From assembly GCA_033764015.1 (NCBI GenBank), contig JANRJK010000046.1, positions 160,001 through 224,000 of the forward strand: a DNA stretch of 64,000 bases, written 5' to 3'. Numbering within the stretch: the first letter of the stretch is position 1; the number at the start of each line of letters is the position of its first letter. Made by a program: the position numbers and the translations under genes. This document shows positions 10,001-17,707 of this stretch, one piece after another. The notes beneath the pieces are model-generated. The model searched no databases. It saw nothing but the letters and a program-made list of their open reading frames with translations, and had not been told where the DNA came from. The stretch comes from Candidatus Sumerlaeia bacterium (lineage in GTDB: Bacteria; Sumerlaeota; Sumerlaeia; SLMS01; JANRJK01).

Positions 10001-10196
10001 GATAGACTCCGACGCTCTGGTTCCGAGCTACACTCAAGGAACCATCGGCGATGGATTCTTGTTTGCGCAGCCTTTCGGCGATGCGCCTGCCACGCTTTCT
10101 GCTTCCCAGATCGGTACCACCGATGAGGTCTGGACCCAGTGGATCACCTACGTGGACCTCTCCTCCGTCGATGACTGGAACCTGATGGACTACTAA
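7086..10196 (+). CDS. Large secreted protein with 14 ~50-aa repeats (probably two 7-bladed beta-propellers) and a C-terminal SSVDDWNLMDY tail
   Basis: Hydrophobic signal GLLIALLVLLLAAGSFPVAAA; repeat consensus RVGAVTLNxGExxLxSAVIDxxNGYAYFGTxTxPxRVVKVALGxGSxPPT counted 14 times; start codon uncertain (7047 or 7086). Confidence 0.85.
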   Translation: MLNQPSTFRTARPTGHPSVGRSLPSSAPRPGLGGLLIALLVLLLAAGSFPVAAAAGEPLADAPPEAQPLGTGDGRIHVIPSLAPYSIKNGEKLTLSAVVRSQRPVASVVADLGGMAQVTLEPNTRAGLGQMATGESVAVYQGEWTGAGLEEKVYAVTLTITDVDGHSWTDHSLAFSDPAAGNSTVGTTAYPMSRVAGENLQFSEASLYSGVIDAANGYAYFGTGGYPATVVKVALGSGGAPPVRVGAVRLNTGEDDLRCAVIDPVNGYAYFGGITGRIVKIGLGAGSDPPTRVGAVTLDPGEGTLYSAAIDIQNGYAYFGAPDRLVKVALGAGSNPPTRIGAASLNAGEGSIGATVIDTANGYAYVGTRVSRPARVVKFALGAGSAPPSRVGAVTLLTGENDLSSEAIDVANGFAYFGTYTTPGIVVKVALGDGSDPPTRVGALTLQTGESELVSAVIDIGSGYLYFGTDELAAYLVKVAVGSGSNSPTRIGRVSLLPGESYLHSAVIDPANGHAFVGTLTNPAQVVKISLGSGSNPPTRVAAVTLHRVQSFPNSAVVDPATRHAFLGTNTSPGQIVKVSLGNGSSPPENVGSLILDAGLSEIDLTTGVIDPANGYAYFGTDTTRGRVIKVALGGGSDPPTRVGSTTFNTGEDSIGCAVIDAANGYAYFGTRTLPAHVVKVALGSGSNPPTRVGALTLGVEDNGGLRSAVIDTTTGHAYFGNGGGSGRVLKIALGSGANPPTRVGAAPLNAGETGLACAIADIANGYAYFGTTTSPGRVVKVALGNGADPPTRVGAVTLNPGEDILTCAVADTTNGYAYFGTSTSPGRVVKVALGSGSNPPSRLSAITMTASEERFFISAAMDPNERYLYLGTSTAPGKLVKVSLTPVGLLKGTRFTIPEGLVSVTDVRMHSHAAVGNVRMAIYDNAEPKNLLWQSGEVANTAANSTLTVPISSGTPPTLNLAAGTYWATWQIDSDALVPSYTQGTIGDGFLFAQPFGDAPATLSASQIGTTDEVWTQWITYVDLSSVDDWNLMDY
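7665..9746 (+). repeat. 14 intragenic ~150-bp degenerate tandem repeats (propeller blades)
   Basis: Repeats are clear at protein level; the DNA copies are strongly diverged at synonymous sites. Confidence 0.9.
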
Positions 10197-10221
10197 GTCG
10201 CCCGAGGCTCGGAGCAGCACG

Positions 10222-10260
10222 ACTCCCCCGGGGCGTCAGCACAGGCCGCCCCGGGGGAGT
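10222..10260 (+). terminator. GC-rich hairpin after the propeller gene
   Basis: ACTCCCCCGGGGCG / CGCCCCGGGGGAGT 14-bp stem followed by TGCTCTT; weak U-tract. Confidence 0.55.
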
Positions 10261-10382
10261 TGCTCTTGGCGCCTTGCCGCGCCCCCCCCCCCCGGAATTC
10301 CCCTCGCAACCGCGTCCGAAACCGGGCAAACCGCTGCGGCGGTGCTTGGCGCCGCGCCATTCCTTGCTGGAGGTACGCCGCC

Positions 10383-11249
10383 GTGACTGCTTTGCGTGTG
10401 TGCTTTGCCGCGTTGGCGGCTTGCGCCGTCCTCTCCACCGCCGCCGCCCAGGAGGCGCCCAAGATGCAATCGTTCGTATACTTCATCGAGCCCGCGCGCC
10501 CGGAGATGATCCAGAGCCCCACGGAGGAGGAGTCGCGCCTGATCGGCGAGCACTTCCGGATGCTCAAGGCGGCGACGGAATCGGGGCGCGTGTTGCTGGC
10601 GGGGCCGTCGCTCGAGCCGCCCCACACCGGCATCGTGGTGTTCACCGCGAAGGACCGCGCGGACGCGGAGGCGTTCCTCGCGACCGACGCCGCCGTCGCG
10701 GCCGGTGTGTTCAAGGCGCGCCTGGCGCCGATGGCGGTGTCGCTGATGGCGGGGCGCGATACGGAGACCGACTTCGGCCGCCGCCACGGGACCGCGCCGA
10801 TCCGCGAGCAGCGCATCACGAAGACCGCCGAGCTGCACTGCACGCTCGACGAGGCGTGGGACGCCTGGACCTCGTCCGAGGGCATGGCCGCGTGGTGGGT
10901 GGAGGAGTCGCGGATCGATCCGCGCCCCGGCGGCAAATTCGAGCTCTACATGGGCCCCGGCGAACCGGGCCAGCGCGGCAGCGAGGGGTGCCGCGTGCTG
11001 AGCGTCCTGCCCAAGCGCATGTTCTCCTTCGAGTGGAACGCGCCGCCCTCGTTCCCCGAGTGGCGCGCCAAGCGCAAGAACCACGTCGTGCTCGAATTCG
11101 CCGAGTCCGCCCCCGGAAAGGTGTCCGTCACGCTGACGCACCTCGGCTGGCAGGAGGACGAGGAGAGCCAGAAGGTTTATGCGTACTTCGACCGCGCATG
11201 GGGCTATGTGATGGGGCTGCTCGAGAAGCGCTTTCCCGCGCCGGGCTGA
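10383..11249 (+). CDS. Secreted YCII-like + SRPBCC/AHSA1 fusion protein
   Basis: GGAGG RBS then GTG; signal peptide ending AAA-Q; YCII-like EHFRMLK...VLLAGP...DAAVAAGVF; SRPBCC AWDAWTSSEGMAAWW...DPRPGGKF. Confidence 0.8.
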   Translation: MTALRVCFAALAACAVLSTAAAQEAPKMQSFVYFIEPARPEMIQSPTEEESRLIGEHFRMLKAATESGRVLLAGPSLEPPHTGIVVFTAKDRADAEAFLATDAAVAAGVFKARLAPMAVSLMAGRDTETDFGRRHGTAPIREQRITKTAELHCTLDEAWDAWTSSEGMAAWWVEESRIDPRPGGKFELYMGPGEPGQRGSEGCRVLSVLPKRMFSFEWNAPPSFPEWRAKRKNHVVLEFAESAPGKVSVTLTHLGWQEDEESQKVYAYFDRAWGYVMGLLEKRFPAPG

Positions 11250-12373
11250 GGGCGCTCCGCCATGAGGCGGCGGTAGAGCTCGAGCTGCGCGCCGAGCACC
11301 GCGTCCCAGGACTGCTCCGCGGCGAAGGCGAGCGCGCGCTCGCGCATCGCGGTGCGCAGCGCCGCGTCGCCGAGCAGCTCCGCGAGGCGCGCGGCGACCG
11401 GCCCGGGCTCGGCGCGCTCCGCCACGAGGCCCGCGCCGGAAGCCTCGATCAGCGCGGCGATCGACGTGCCCGCCACGCCCACCGCCGGCAGGCCGCTCGC
11501 CATGCCCTCGAGCACCACATTGCCGAAGGTCTCGGTGACGGAGCAGAACACGAGCACGTCCGCGCTTGCGTAGGCGGACCAGAGGTCCTCCCCGTGAAGG
11601 TAGCCGGGGAAGAACGCGTCCGGCGTGCGGCGTTCGAGCCACCCGCGGCGCGGTCCGTCGCCGAGCCACATCAGCCGCGCGGCGGGGAACCGCTCGCGGA
11701 TGCCGGCCCACGCCTCCGCGACCAGCTCGACGTTCTTCTCGGACACGAGCCGCCCTGCGTAGGCGACGAGGACGCCGCCCTCCGGCACGCCGGCGCGGCG
11801 GCGCAGCTCCTCCGACCGGCGCCCGGGGTGGAAGCGCTCCCGGTCCACGCCGCGCGGCCACGGGACCAGCTTGCCGATGCCGTGCGCGGCCAGCTCCGCC
11901 TCGATCGGCTTCGTCGGCACCAGCACGGCGTCGCACTGGTTGTAGAACTTGGCGAAGTCGCGCCACAGCCACCCTTCGAGGAACCCCGCGCCGTAGTAGC
12001 GCAGGTAGGTGGGGAAGTGCGTGTGGTACGCGCCGACCACCGGCACGCCGCGCGCGCGCGCCCAGCGCAGCACGCAGCGCCCGCCGAGGTCCGGCGTGCC
12101 GATCTGCACGAGGTCCGGACGCCACGCGTCGAGCTTTCGCCAGACCGGCGCGCGCCGCGGCAGCGCCACCGCGTAATCGGTGTAGGCGGGAAAGGCGATC
12201 TTGGGCAGCGGGAAGATCTCCGAGCGCACGCCCGCGCCAGGCTTCGGCGGGAGCGGCGTCAGGACCAATTGCTCGACCCCCTCCGCCCAGAAGCGGTCGT
12301 GCTGCCGCATCAGCGTCGTCATGGTGCCGTCTTGGCCGGGCTGGAAGGTGCCGTGGTAGATCGCGAGTCGCAT
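11204..12373 (-). CDS. GT4 family glycosyltransferase
   Basis: AYHTHFPTY, RGVDRERFHP, YAGRLVSEKN, ETFGNVVLEGMASGLP. Confidence 0.93.
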   Translation of the reverse strand: MRLAIYHGTFQPGQDGTMTTLMRQHDRFWAEGVEQLVLTPLPPKPGAGVRSEIFPLPKIAFPAYTDYAVALPRRAPVWRKLDAWRPDLVQIGTPDLGGRCVLRWARARGVPVVGAYHTHFPTYLRYYGAGFLEGWLWRDFAKFYNQCDAVLVPTKPIEAELAAHGIGKLVPWPRGVDRERFHPGRRSEELRRRAGVPEGGVLVAYAGRLVSEKNVELVAEAWAGIRERFPAARLMWLGDGPRRGWLERRTPDAFFPGYLHGEDLWSAYASADVLVFCSVTETFGNVVLEGMASGLPAVGVAGTSIAALIEASGAGLVAERAEPGPVAARLAELLGDAALRTAMRERALAFAAEQSWDAVLGAQLELYRRLMAERPQPGAGKRFSSSPIT

Positions 12374-12414
12374 GGTGCGGCGAACGTGCGCGCACCCGGC
12401 GCCGCGCGGCAAGG

Positions 12415-12830
12415 CTAGGTGCCGTTGCTGAAGCCCCAGGGGAACCGGCGGGCGGCGAGGGCGGCGACGAGTTCACCCACGGGCAGCCCTTCGGACCCTG
12501 CCACTTCGTCTAGGATTCGCAGGCCGTTGCGTGCGGGTGTGTCGCCGCCGGCTGCGCCGGTGTGGAGCACGAGGAGCCGCACGCCCGCGAGGGCCGCGGC
12601 GGCGGCCTGCAGCGTCGGCATCAGCTCGCGGTTGCCGCCGAATGCCCCGCAACCCCAGTAGCCGGAATGCACCACCGCCGGAAGCCCGGCGGCCTGCGAG
12701 CGCAGAACGGCGGCGCGGAAACCGGAGTAGGCGTTCGAAAGCGTCCACTCGATCTCGCGCTCCGTCTAGACGCCCGCGCCGCCCGCAAGCGCCGCGATGG
12801 CGATCAGGTGCGAGACTTCGGGCGGATCGC
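12415..12830 (-). pseudogene. C-terminal remnant of a poly(ADP-ribose) glycohydrolase (PARG)-like macrodomain protein
   Basis: Motif HSGYWGCGAFGGN. The upstream in-frame text reads DPPEVSHLIAIAALAGGAGV*TEREIEWTLSNAYSGFRAA, with an in-frame TAG at 12766-12768. The N-terminal catalytic part is missing, replaced by the lower-GC cassette. Confidence 0.7.
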
Positions 12831-12855
12831 AAACACTTTGCGGACAAGACTCTAC

Positions 12856-12885
12856 TTGACGCCCGCACCTCAGCGCTGGGAGACT
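12856..12885 (+). promoter_or_regulatory. Putative sigma70-type promoter for the ATPase-PIN pair
   Basis: TTGACG-N18-GAGACT, followed by GAGGTG RBS and ATG 12909. Confidence 0.45.
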
Positions 12886-12908
12886 TTCATCAATGAGGTG
12901 AATACTAG

Positions 12909-14210
12909 ATGAGCATCACTCCTACAACAGTAATTGGCCGCATCGCAATCGAAGGCTTCAAGTCGATCGGAGCCGAGACATCTATTCAGCTCTGCCCTCT
13001 CACCATATTGGCAGGAGCAAACAGCAGCGGAAAGTCTTCCTTCATGCAACCACTCTTGCTGCTCAAGCAAACACTTGATGCAGCAACCGACCCCGGTCCC
13101 CTCAAGCTTGACGGGCCGCATGTTCGCTTCACAAGCTTTGATCAGCTGTTGAGCAAGTCGGTAAAGGGCGACAACCGGAGACTGAAGATCACGGTTGGCT
13201 GGACGAAAGAAATGATCACAAGCCATTCATTCTCCCAACCTGCTGGCAAGGGGCAGTTGATCACTCTTGAGGAAATGGGATTTAAGGATAAGAAGCAGGA
13301 CGTAGTCATCAGGGAGGGCGCGAGTGTTTCATCACTCAAAGTTAGTCTCTCCTCGACTGCACTTCGAGACTTTTCCCAAAACGGCAAGTTTACACGAACT
13401 CGCTTTTACTATTCATTGGCACTGCAGGGCAGTCAGGGATTGTCTTTATTTGGCCCCTGGCCCCCAAATTTTGGATGGTCTGCCTTGCAAGTCCTCAAGG
13501 GAATTGTGCATGTTCCAGGGCTTAGAGGGCAGCCGTCCCGCACCTATCGGAGAACTGGCGTTCCGAGATCATTTGATGGACCTTTTGATGACTTTGTCGC
13601 TAGCGTTGTCCATCAGTGGCAAGCCGCCAATACCGACGACAACAAAAACAAGCTGGCTCAGCTAAATGAGGACTTGTCCGCACTGGGATTGACATGGAAG
13701 GTAAGGGCGGTTCCGGTCAATGATGTCGAAATTGAGATTAAAGTGGGGCGTCTCGGAAAGTCAGGTCGCGGCGGCTCTCATGATCTCGTCAGTATCGCTG
13801 ACGTCGGTTTCGGTGTCTCCCAGTGTTTGCCTGTCGTGGCTTCGCTGATCGCAGCGCCAGCCAAATCGCTTGTGTATATCGAGCAGCCAGAGCTTCACTT
13901 ACATCCGAGAGCGCAGCGCCTCCTTGCTCCGCTTGTGTTGAGAGCCGTGTTACGGGGTGTCCAAGTCGTATTAGAAACCCATAGTAGCTTGCTGCTGAAC
14001 GAGTTTTGTACTCTGGTCGCACAAGGCAAGCTTGACCGAAAGTATCTTGCACTCCATTGGGCGTCGAGGGACGACGTTGGTCAGACCTGCGTCCGGACGG
14101 CAGAGATTCAGCCGGACGGCTCTTATGGGGACTGGCCCCAAGACTTCGATGATGTAGCTCTCTCTGCTGAGGTGGATTATCTGAAGGCTGCTCAGTCTGC
14201 GGGGGGTTAG
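12909..14210 (+). CDS. ABC-family AAA_15/AAA_21 ATPase with DUF3696-like C-terminus
   Basis: IEGFKSI, Walker A GANSSGKS, signature VGFGVSQ, Walker B/D-loop YIEQPELHLHP, ETHS, C-terminal IQPDGSYGDWPQDFDD; lower GC than the flanks. Confidence 0.9.
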   Translation: MSITPTTVIGRIAIEGFKSIGAETSIQLCPLTILAGANSSGKSSFMQPLLLLKQTLDAATDPGPLKLDGPHVRFTSFDQLLSKSVKGDNRRLKITVGWTKEMITSHSFSQPAGKGQLITLEEMGFKDKKQDVVIREGASVSSLKVSLSSTALRDFSQNGKFTRTRFYYSLALQGSQGLSLFGPWPPNFGWSALQVLKGIVHVPGLRGQPSRTYRRTGVPRSFDGPFDDFVASVVHQWQAANTDDNKNKLAQLNEDLSALGLTWKVRAVPVNDVEIEIKVGRLGKSGRGGSHDLVSIADVGFGVSQCLPVVASLIAAPAKSLVYIEQPELHLHPRAQRLLAPLVLRAVLRGVQVVLETHSSLLLNEFCTLVAQGKLDRKYLALHWASRDDVGQTCVRTAEIQPDGSYGDWPQDFDDVALSAEVDYLKAAQSAGG

Positions 14211-14214
14211 GATC

Positions 14215-14679
14215 ATGCCACTTAGAGTAGTCGTTGACGCGTGCGTAGGTAGATCTGCAGGGGAGAAGAAAGTTGGAAGTTCACTGGCATGTGCCAACTG
14301 TCTTATGGAGATTCGCGAAAAAACCGCACACAAGGCGGTCATGACAAATCAGTTGCGTGCTGAGTGGCAGAAGCATGCTTCAAAAATTGCTGTAATGTGG
14401 CTAACCGCAATGCAAAGAGCCGGTCGCGTTACAAGTATCTCGAACCCGCAAACAGTTCCCGTCGAGCTGAAAAACTATCCATCTAGTGAGAGGAGGGCGA
14501 TCAGCAAGGACATTCACTTGTTCGAGGCTGCGCACTCAACCGACCGCACAATCATAACGATCGAAAAGCGTTGCCTTAACGCATTGTCGAGCAGGGAGGA
14601 AGGAATGCAATTCTTGTGCACGATCGAAATTTACAATCCAATTGAAGATGACATTGAAGTTCTTCGAGCTTGGGGCTAG
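14215..14679 (+). CDS. PIN-like domain protein (putative RNase)
   Basis: Acidic residues arranged as in PIN domains: VVVDAC, LRAEW, KDIHLFEAA, IITIE; starts 4 bp after the ATPase stop. Confidence 0.65.
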   Translation: MPLRVVVDACVGRSAGEKKVGSSLACANCLMEIREKTAHKAVMTNQLRAEWQKHASKIAVMWLTAMQRAGRVTSISNPQTVPVELKNYPSSERRAISKDIHLFEAAHSTDRTIITIEKRCLNALSSREEGMQFLCTIEIYNPIEDDIEVLRAWG

Positions 14680-14944
14680 TCTGCAACAAGTGATTCTTCT
14701 GCGAAACCATTAGGCACGAGAAAGTGTTTCTGTTTGATATCGTGCTGCCCTCGCTCCAAGTCTTCGGCTACGGTGCAGTATTGGTCGGCGCGCAAACGCT
14801 TTTCGAGCAATAGTTGGGGAGCTTTCCTCTTGCTGATGCACCCAAGGGAGCGAATCTAGACTGGATTTAGAATTGGGCGGGGTCGGACTCACCCCGCGTC
14901 CCCCCCACTCGGCGACCCCTCCGCACGACTCATCCGCCCCGCCA

Positions 14945-15052
14945 CAGAACCTCGTCGTGCGGACGTTCGCATGGCCGAGCGACTCCTGCATTATCGCGAC
15001 GTCGGTCCAGTGCTCCGGAGCGTCGGCTGCGGCGGTCGCCCGCAAGGAGTGG
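14945..15052 (-). pseudogene. Tyrosine recombinase/integrase C-terminal remnant
   Basis: HSLRATAA...DVAIMQESLGHANVRTTRFC matches the box II HxLR...LGH...TTxxY pattern, but the catalytic Tyr is lost and there is no N-terminal domain. Confidence 0.7.
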
Positions 15053-15266
15053 CGTTGACGACGGGCTCCGGGTGGGGGTGCGGGCCGAGCGGTGCGGGAG
15101 GATCGAAGAAATGGGTTCACGCGAGGCCGCGAGGACGCGAAGCGGGGCCACGGTGCGGCCGCGGGAGGCGTTGGGGCGGCTGGGCGTGCGGGGGAGAGCG
15201 GTGGCTCCTGCGTTCGCTCCCGTTTTGCCCGTGACGCCCGGGGGCGCGGGCGCTCTCCTACGGCCC

Positions 15267-15881
15267 ATGAACGATCCCGCCTCGCATTTCGACAACATCT
15301 ACCGCAACGCCGGCGGCGACGCGGTGTTCGTCCCCTGGGCGGACCTGGCGCCGAACCCGCACTTGCTGGAGTGGCTCGGGCGCGCGGACGCGCCCGCGGC
15401 GGGGATCCGCGCGCTGGTGGTCGGTTGCGGGCTCGGCGACGATGCGGAGGAGCTGGCCCGGCGCGGTTACGCGGTGACGGCGTTCGACATCGCGCCGACC
15501 GCCGTCGAGTGGGCGCGCGGGCGCTTTCCCGGTTCGCCGGTCGCTTACCGCGTGGCGGACCTGTTGGCGCCGCCGGCGGAGTGGGCGGGGGCCTTCGATC
15601 TGGTGCTCGAGAGCTACACGGTGCAGGCGCTGCCGCGGGCGATGCGGGCGCGGGCGGTGGCCGGCGTGCGGGGCTTGGTGGCGCCGGGGGGGCGCGCCGT
15701 GGTGATTGCGCGGCGATTTCTGGAGGGCATGAACGCGGAATCGGGCCCGCCGTGGCCGCTCACCGAGGCGGAGCTGGCGCTCTTCGCGGAGCCGCCGCTC
15801 CGCGTGTTGTCGGTCGGGCGCGTGGCGGACCATACTGGCGAACGGACCGCGCGCTGGCGCGCGGAGTTCATCCGGGAGTAG
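15267..15881 (+). CDS. Class I SAM-dependent methyltransferase (thiopurine-MT-like)
   Basis: ALVVGCGLGDDAE, AFDIAPTAV, GPPWPL. Confidence 0.88.
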   Translation: MNDPASHFDNIYRNAGGDAVFVPWADLAPNPHLLEWLGRADAPAAGIRALVVGCGLGDDAEELARRGYAVTAFDIAPTAVEWARGRFPGSPVAYRVADLLAPPAEWAGAFDLVLESYTVQALPRAMRARAVAGVRGLVAPGGRAVVIARRFLEGMNAESGPPWPLTEAELALFAEPPLRVLSVGRVADHTGERTARWRAEFIRE

Positions 15882-16114
15882 CGCCCGCGCGGAGCCGCGG
15901 ATGGAGCGGAAGTCCGCTTCTTGCAAGGAGAATCTTCGAAAAATCGTCCCGCCCGCCAGCCCCGCCGCAAAGCGGGGCAAGCACGAATTGCGCAATCCCC
16001 CTTGCATTTGCGACGGCGCCCGGAGAGCATCCGGCGTTCCTTGGGGAAGGATGCTCCTCCGGCCTCTGGAACACGCTCAACATCCGTGTTCCGCAGGACG
16101 CTCCAAGAACCACG

Positions 16115-16834
16115 ATGAAAATCATCGCGACGCTGCCGACCTACAACGAACGCCAAAACCTCGAAACCCTGATCGACGCGGTGCTCCAAGCCCATCCCCG
16201 GATCGAACTCCTTGTGATCGACGACAACTCGCCCGACGGCACGCACGAGCTGGTGCGCGGGCGGGCCGCCTCGGACGCAAGGGTGCACCTGCTGCACCGG
16301 ACGGAGGACAAGGGACGGGGCACCGCCGGCGTGGCGGGCTTCCTCGAGGCGCTCCGGCTCGGAGCCGACTACATCGTCGAGATGGACGCGGACTGGTCCC
16401 ACCACCCGCGCTTCATCGCCCCGATGGTCGAACGGGCCGAAGCGGGAGCCGACGTCGTGGTGGGCAGCCGCCTGGCCCCGGGCGGGGGTGAGGTGGGTCG
16501 GTCGCCCGCGCGAAAGTGGATCACGCTGCTTGCCAACGGCTACATCAGGACGCTTCTGCGGCTCCCCGTGCGGGACTGCACCAGCGGCTTCCGGGTGTTC
16601 CGCCGCTGGGTGCTGGAGCGGATCGACTGGAGCCGGGTGGAAAGCCGGGGTCCGGCGCTCGTCCAGGAAGTCCTGGTCGCCGCGCGAGCCCTCGGCGCGC
16701 GGGTGGAGGAGCACCCGATCCTGTTCGAAGAACGGAAGGCGGGGGCATCGTCCCTCACTTCTCGAATCCTGGTGGCCGGACTCATGGCGCAGTGGCGCCT
16801 TCGGTTCCGGCCCGCACCGGTGCGAACCCTATGA
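16115..16834 (+). CDS. Polyprenol-monophosphomannose synthase (GT2, DPM1/Ppm1-like)
   Basis: LPTYNE, IDDNSPDGT, EMDADWSH, VVGSR, DCTSGFR, FEERKAGASSL. Confidence 0.9.
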   Translation: MKIIATLPTYNERQNLETLIDAVLQAHPRIELLVIDDNSPDGTHELVRGRAASDARVHLLHRTEDKGRGTAGVAGFLEALRLGADYIVEMDADWSHHPRFIAPMVERAEAGADVVVGSRLAPGGGEVGRSPARKWITLLANGYIRTLLRLPVRDCTSGFRVFRRWVLERIDWSRVESRGPALVQEVLVAARALGARVEEHPILFEERKAGASSLTSRILVAGLMAQWRLRFRPAPVRTL

Positions 16835-17577
16835 TCAACATGCAGACCGTAGTGGCCGAAGTCCTCGAAGCCTACCTGCCCGAACCGCGGCAGGACGCCG
16901 TCCTTGAAAAGCTCAGCGCGTTCCTCGACATGGTGCGCGGACGCCAGCGCGAAGTGAACATCACCGGCATCCGCGACCCGAACGACCTCGCGGTGCAGGT
17001 GGTCGGCGACGCGCTCGCCCCCCTCGCCGTCGCTCCCGAGGATTTCCCCCTCGACGGCCCCACCCGGCTCCTCGACGTCGGAACCGGCGCCGGACTCCCC
17101 GGCCTCGTCTACGCCATCTATTGGCCCGCCACGCAGGTGGTCCTCCTTGATTCCCAGAAGAAGCGCATCGACTTCGTCCGCGAGGTGGTCGAGGAACTCG
17201 GCCTCCCGAACGTCGAGGTCCTCGAGGGCCGCGCCGAAAGCCACGCCCACGCCCTCCAGTGGCGCGAGCAGTTCGACGTCGTCACCTCCCGCGCCCTCGC
17301 GCCGCTCCCCATCTCGCTCGAGCTCTGCCTCCCCTTCCTCGAACTCGAAGGCTACTTCCTCACCTACAAGAGCCTGAACCCGAACGACGAGATCAAGGAG
17401 GCGGAGTTCGCCCTCGGCAAGCTCGGCGGCGGCCCCATCGTCTCGCGCACCTACACCCCCGGCGCCGGCGCGCAGAAGCGCTCCGCCCTCTTCATCCCGA
17501 AGGTGGGCCTCACGCCGGACAAGTACCCGCGCCGCGAAGGCATCCCCGCCAAGCGCCCGCTCCGCGCCAGCCGCTAA
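16831..17577 (+). CDS. rsmG: 16S rRNA m7G527 methyltransferase
   Basis: NITGIRD, LDVGTGAGLPG, LDSQKKR, GRAE, TSRALA, TPDKYPRREGIPAKRPL; ATGA overlap with the upstream gene. Confidence 0.93.
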   Translation: MINMQTVVAEVLEAYLPEPRQDAVLEKLSAFLDMVRGRQREVNITGIRDPNDLAVQVVGDALAPLAVAPEDFPLDGPTRLLDVGTGAGLPGLVYAIYWPATQVVLLDSQKKRIDFVREVVEELGLPNVEVLEGRAESHAHALQWREQFDVVTSRALAPLPISLELCLPFLELEGYFLTYKSLNPNDEIKEAEFALGKLGGGPIVSRTYTPGAGAQKRSALFIPKVGLTPDKYPRREGIPAKRPLRASR

Positions 17578-17621
17578 CTCCGGCCCCGGGCCGCAACGCC
17601 CGGCACCCAGCGCCAACACCA

Positions 17622-17658
17622 CACCGCCCCGCCGGGACCCGATCCCGGCGGGGCGGTG
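17622..17658. terminator. 16-bp-stem hairpin between convergent genes
   Basis: CACCGCCCCGCCGGGA-cccga-TCCCGGCGGGGCGGTG. Confidence 0.6.
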
Positions 17659-17707
17659 CGCTTGGGGCAACCCCCGGCCGGTTCGCGCGGCCGCCCCGCT
17701 CGGCGGA

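Noticed and set aside
12766..12768. TAG read-through (recoding) in the PARG-like frame
   Set aside because: The gene also lacks its N-terminal part, and TAG is used as a normal stop elsewhere in the window; pseudogenisation is the simpler explanation.
14680..14870. Integron attC site next to the integrase remnant
   Set aside because: No convincing RYYYAAC...GTTRRRY complementary boxes, and the remnant is too short to assign to IntI.
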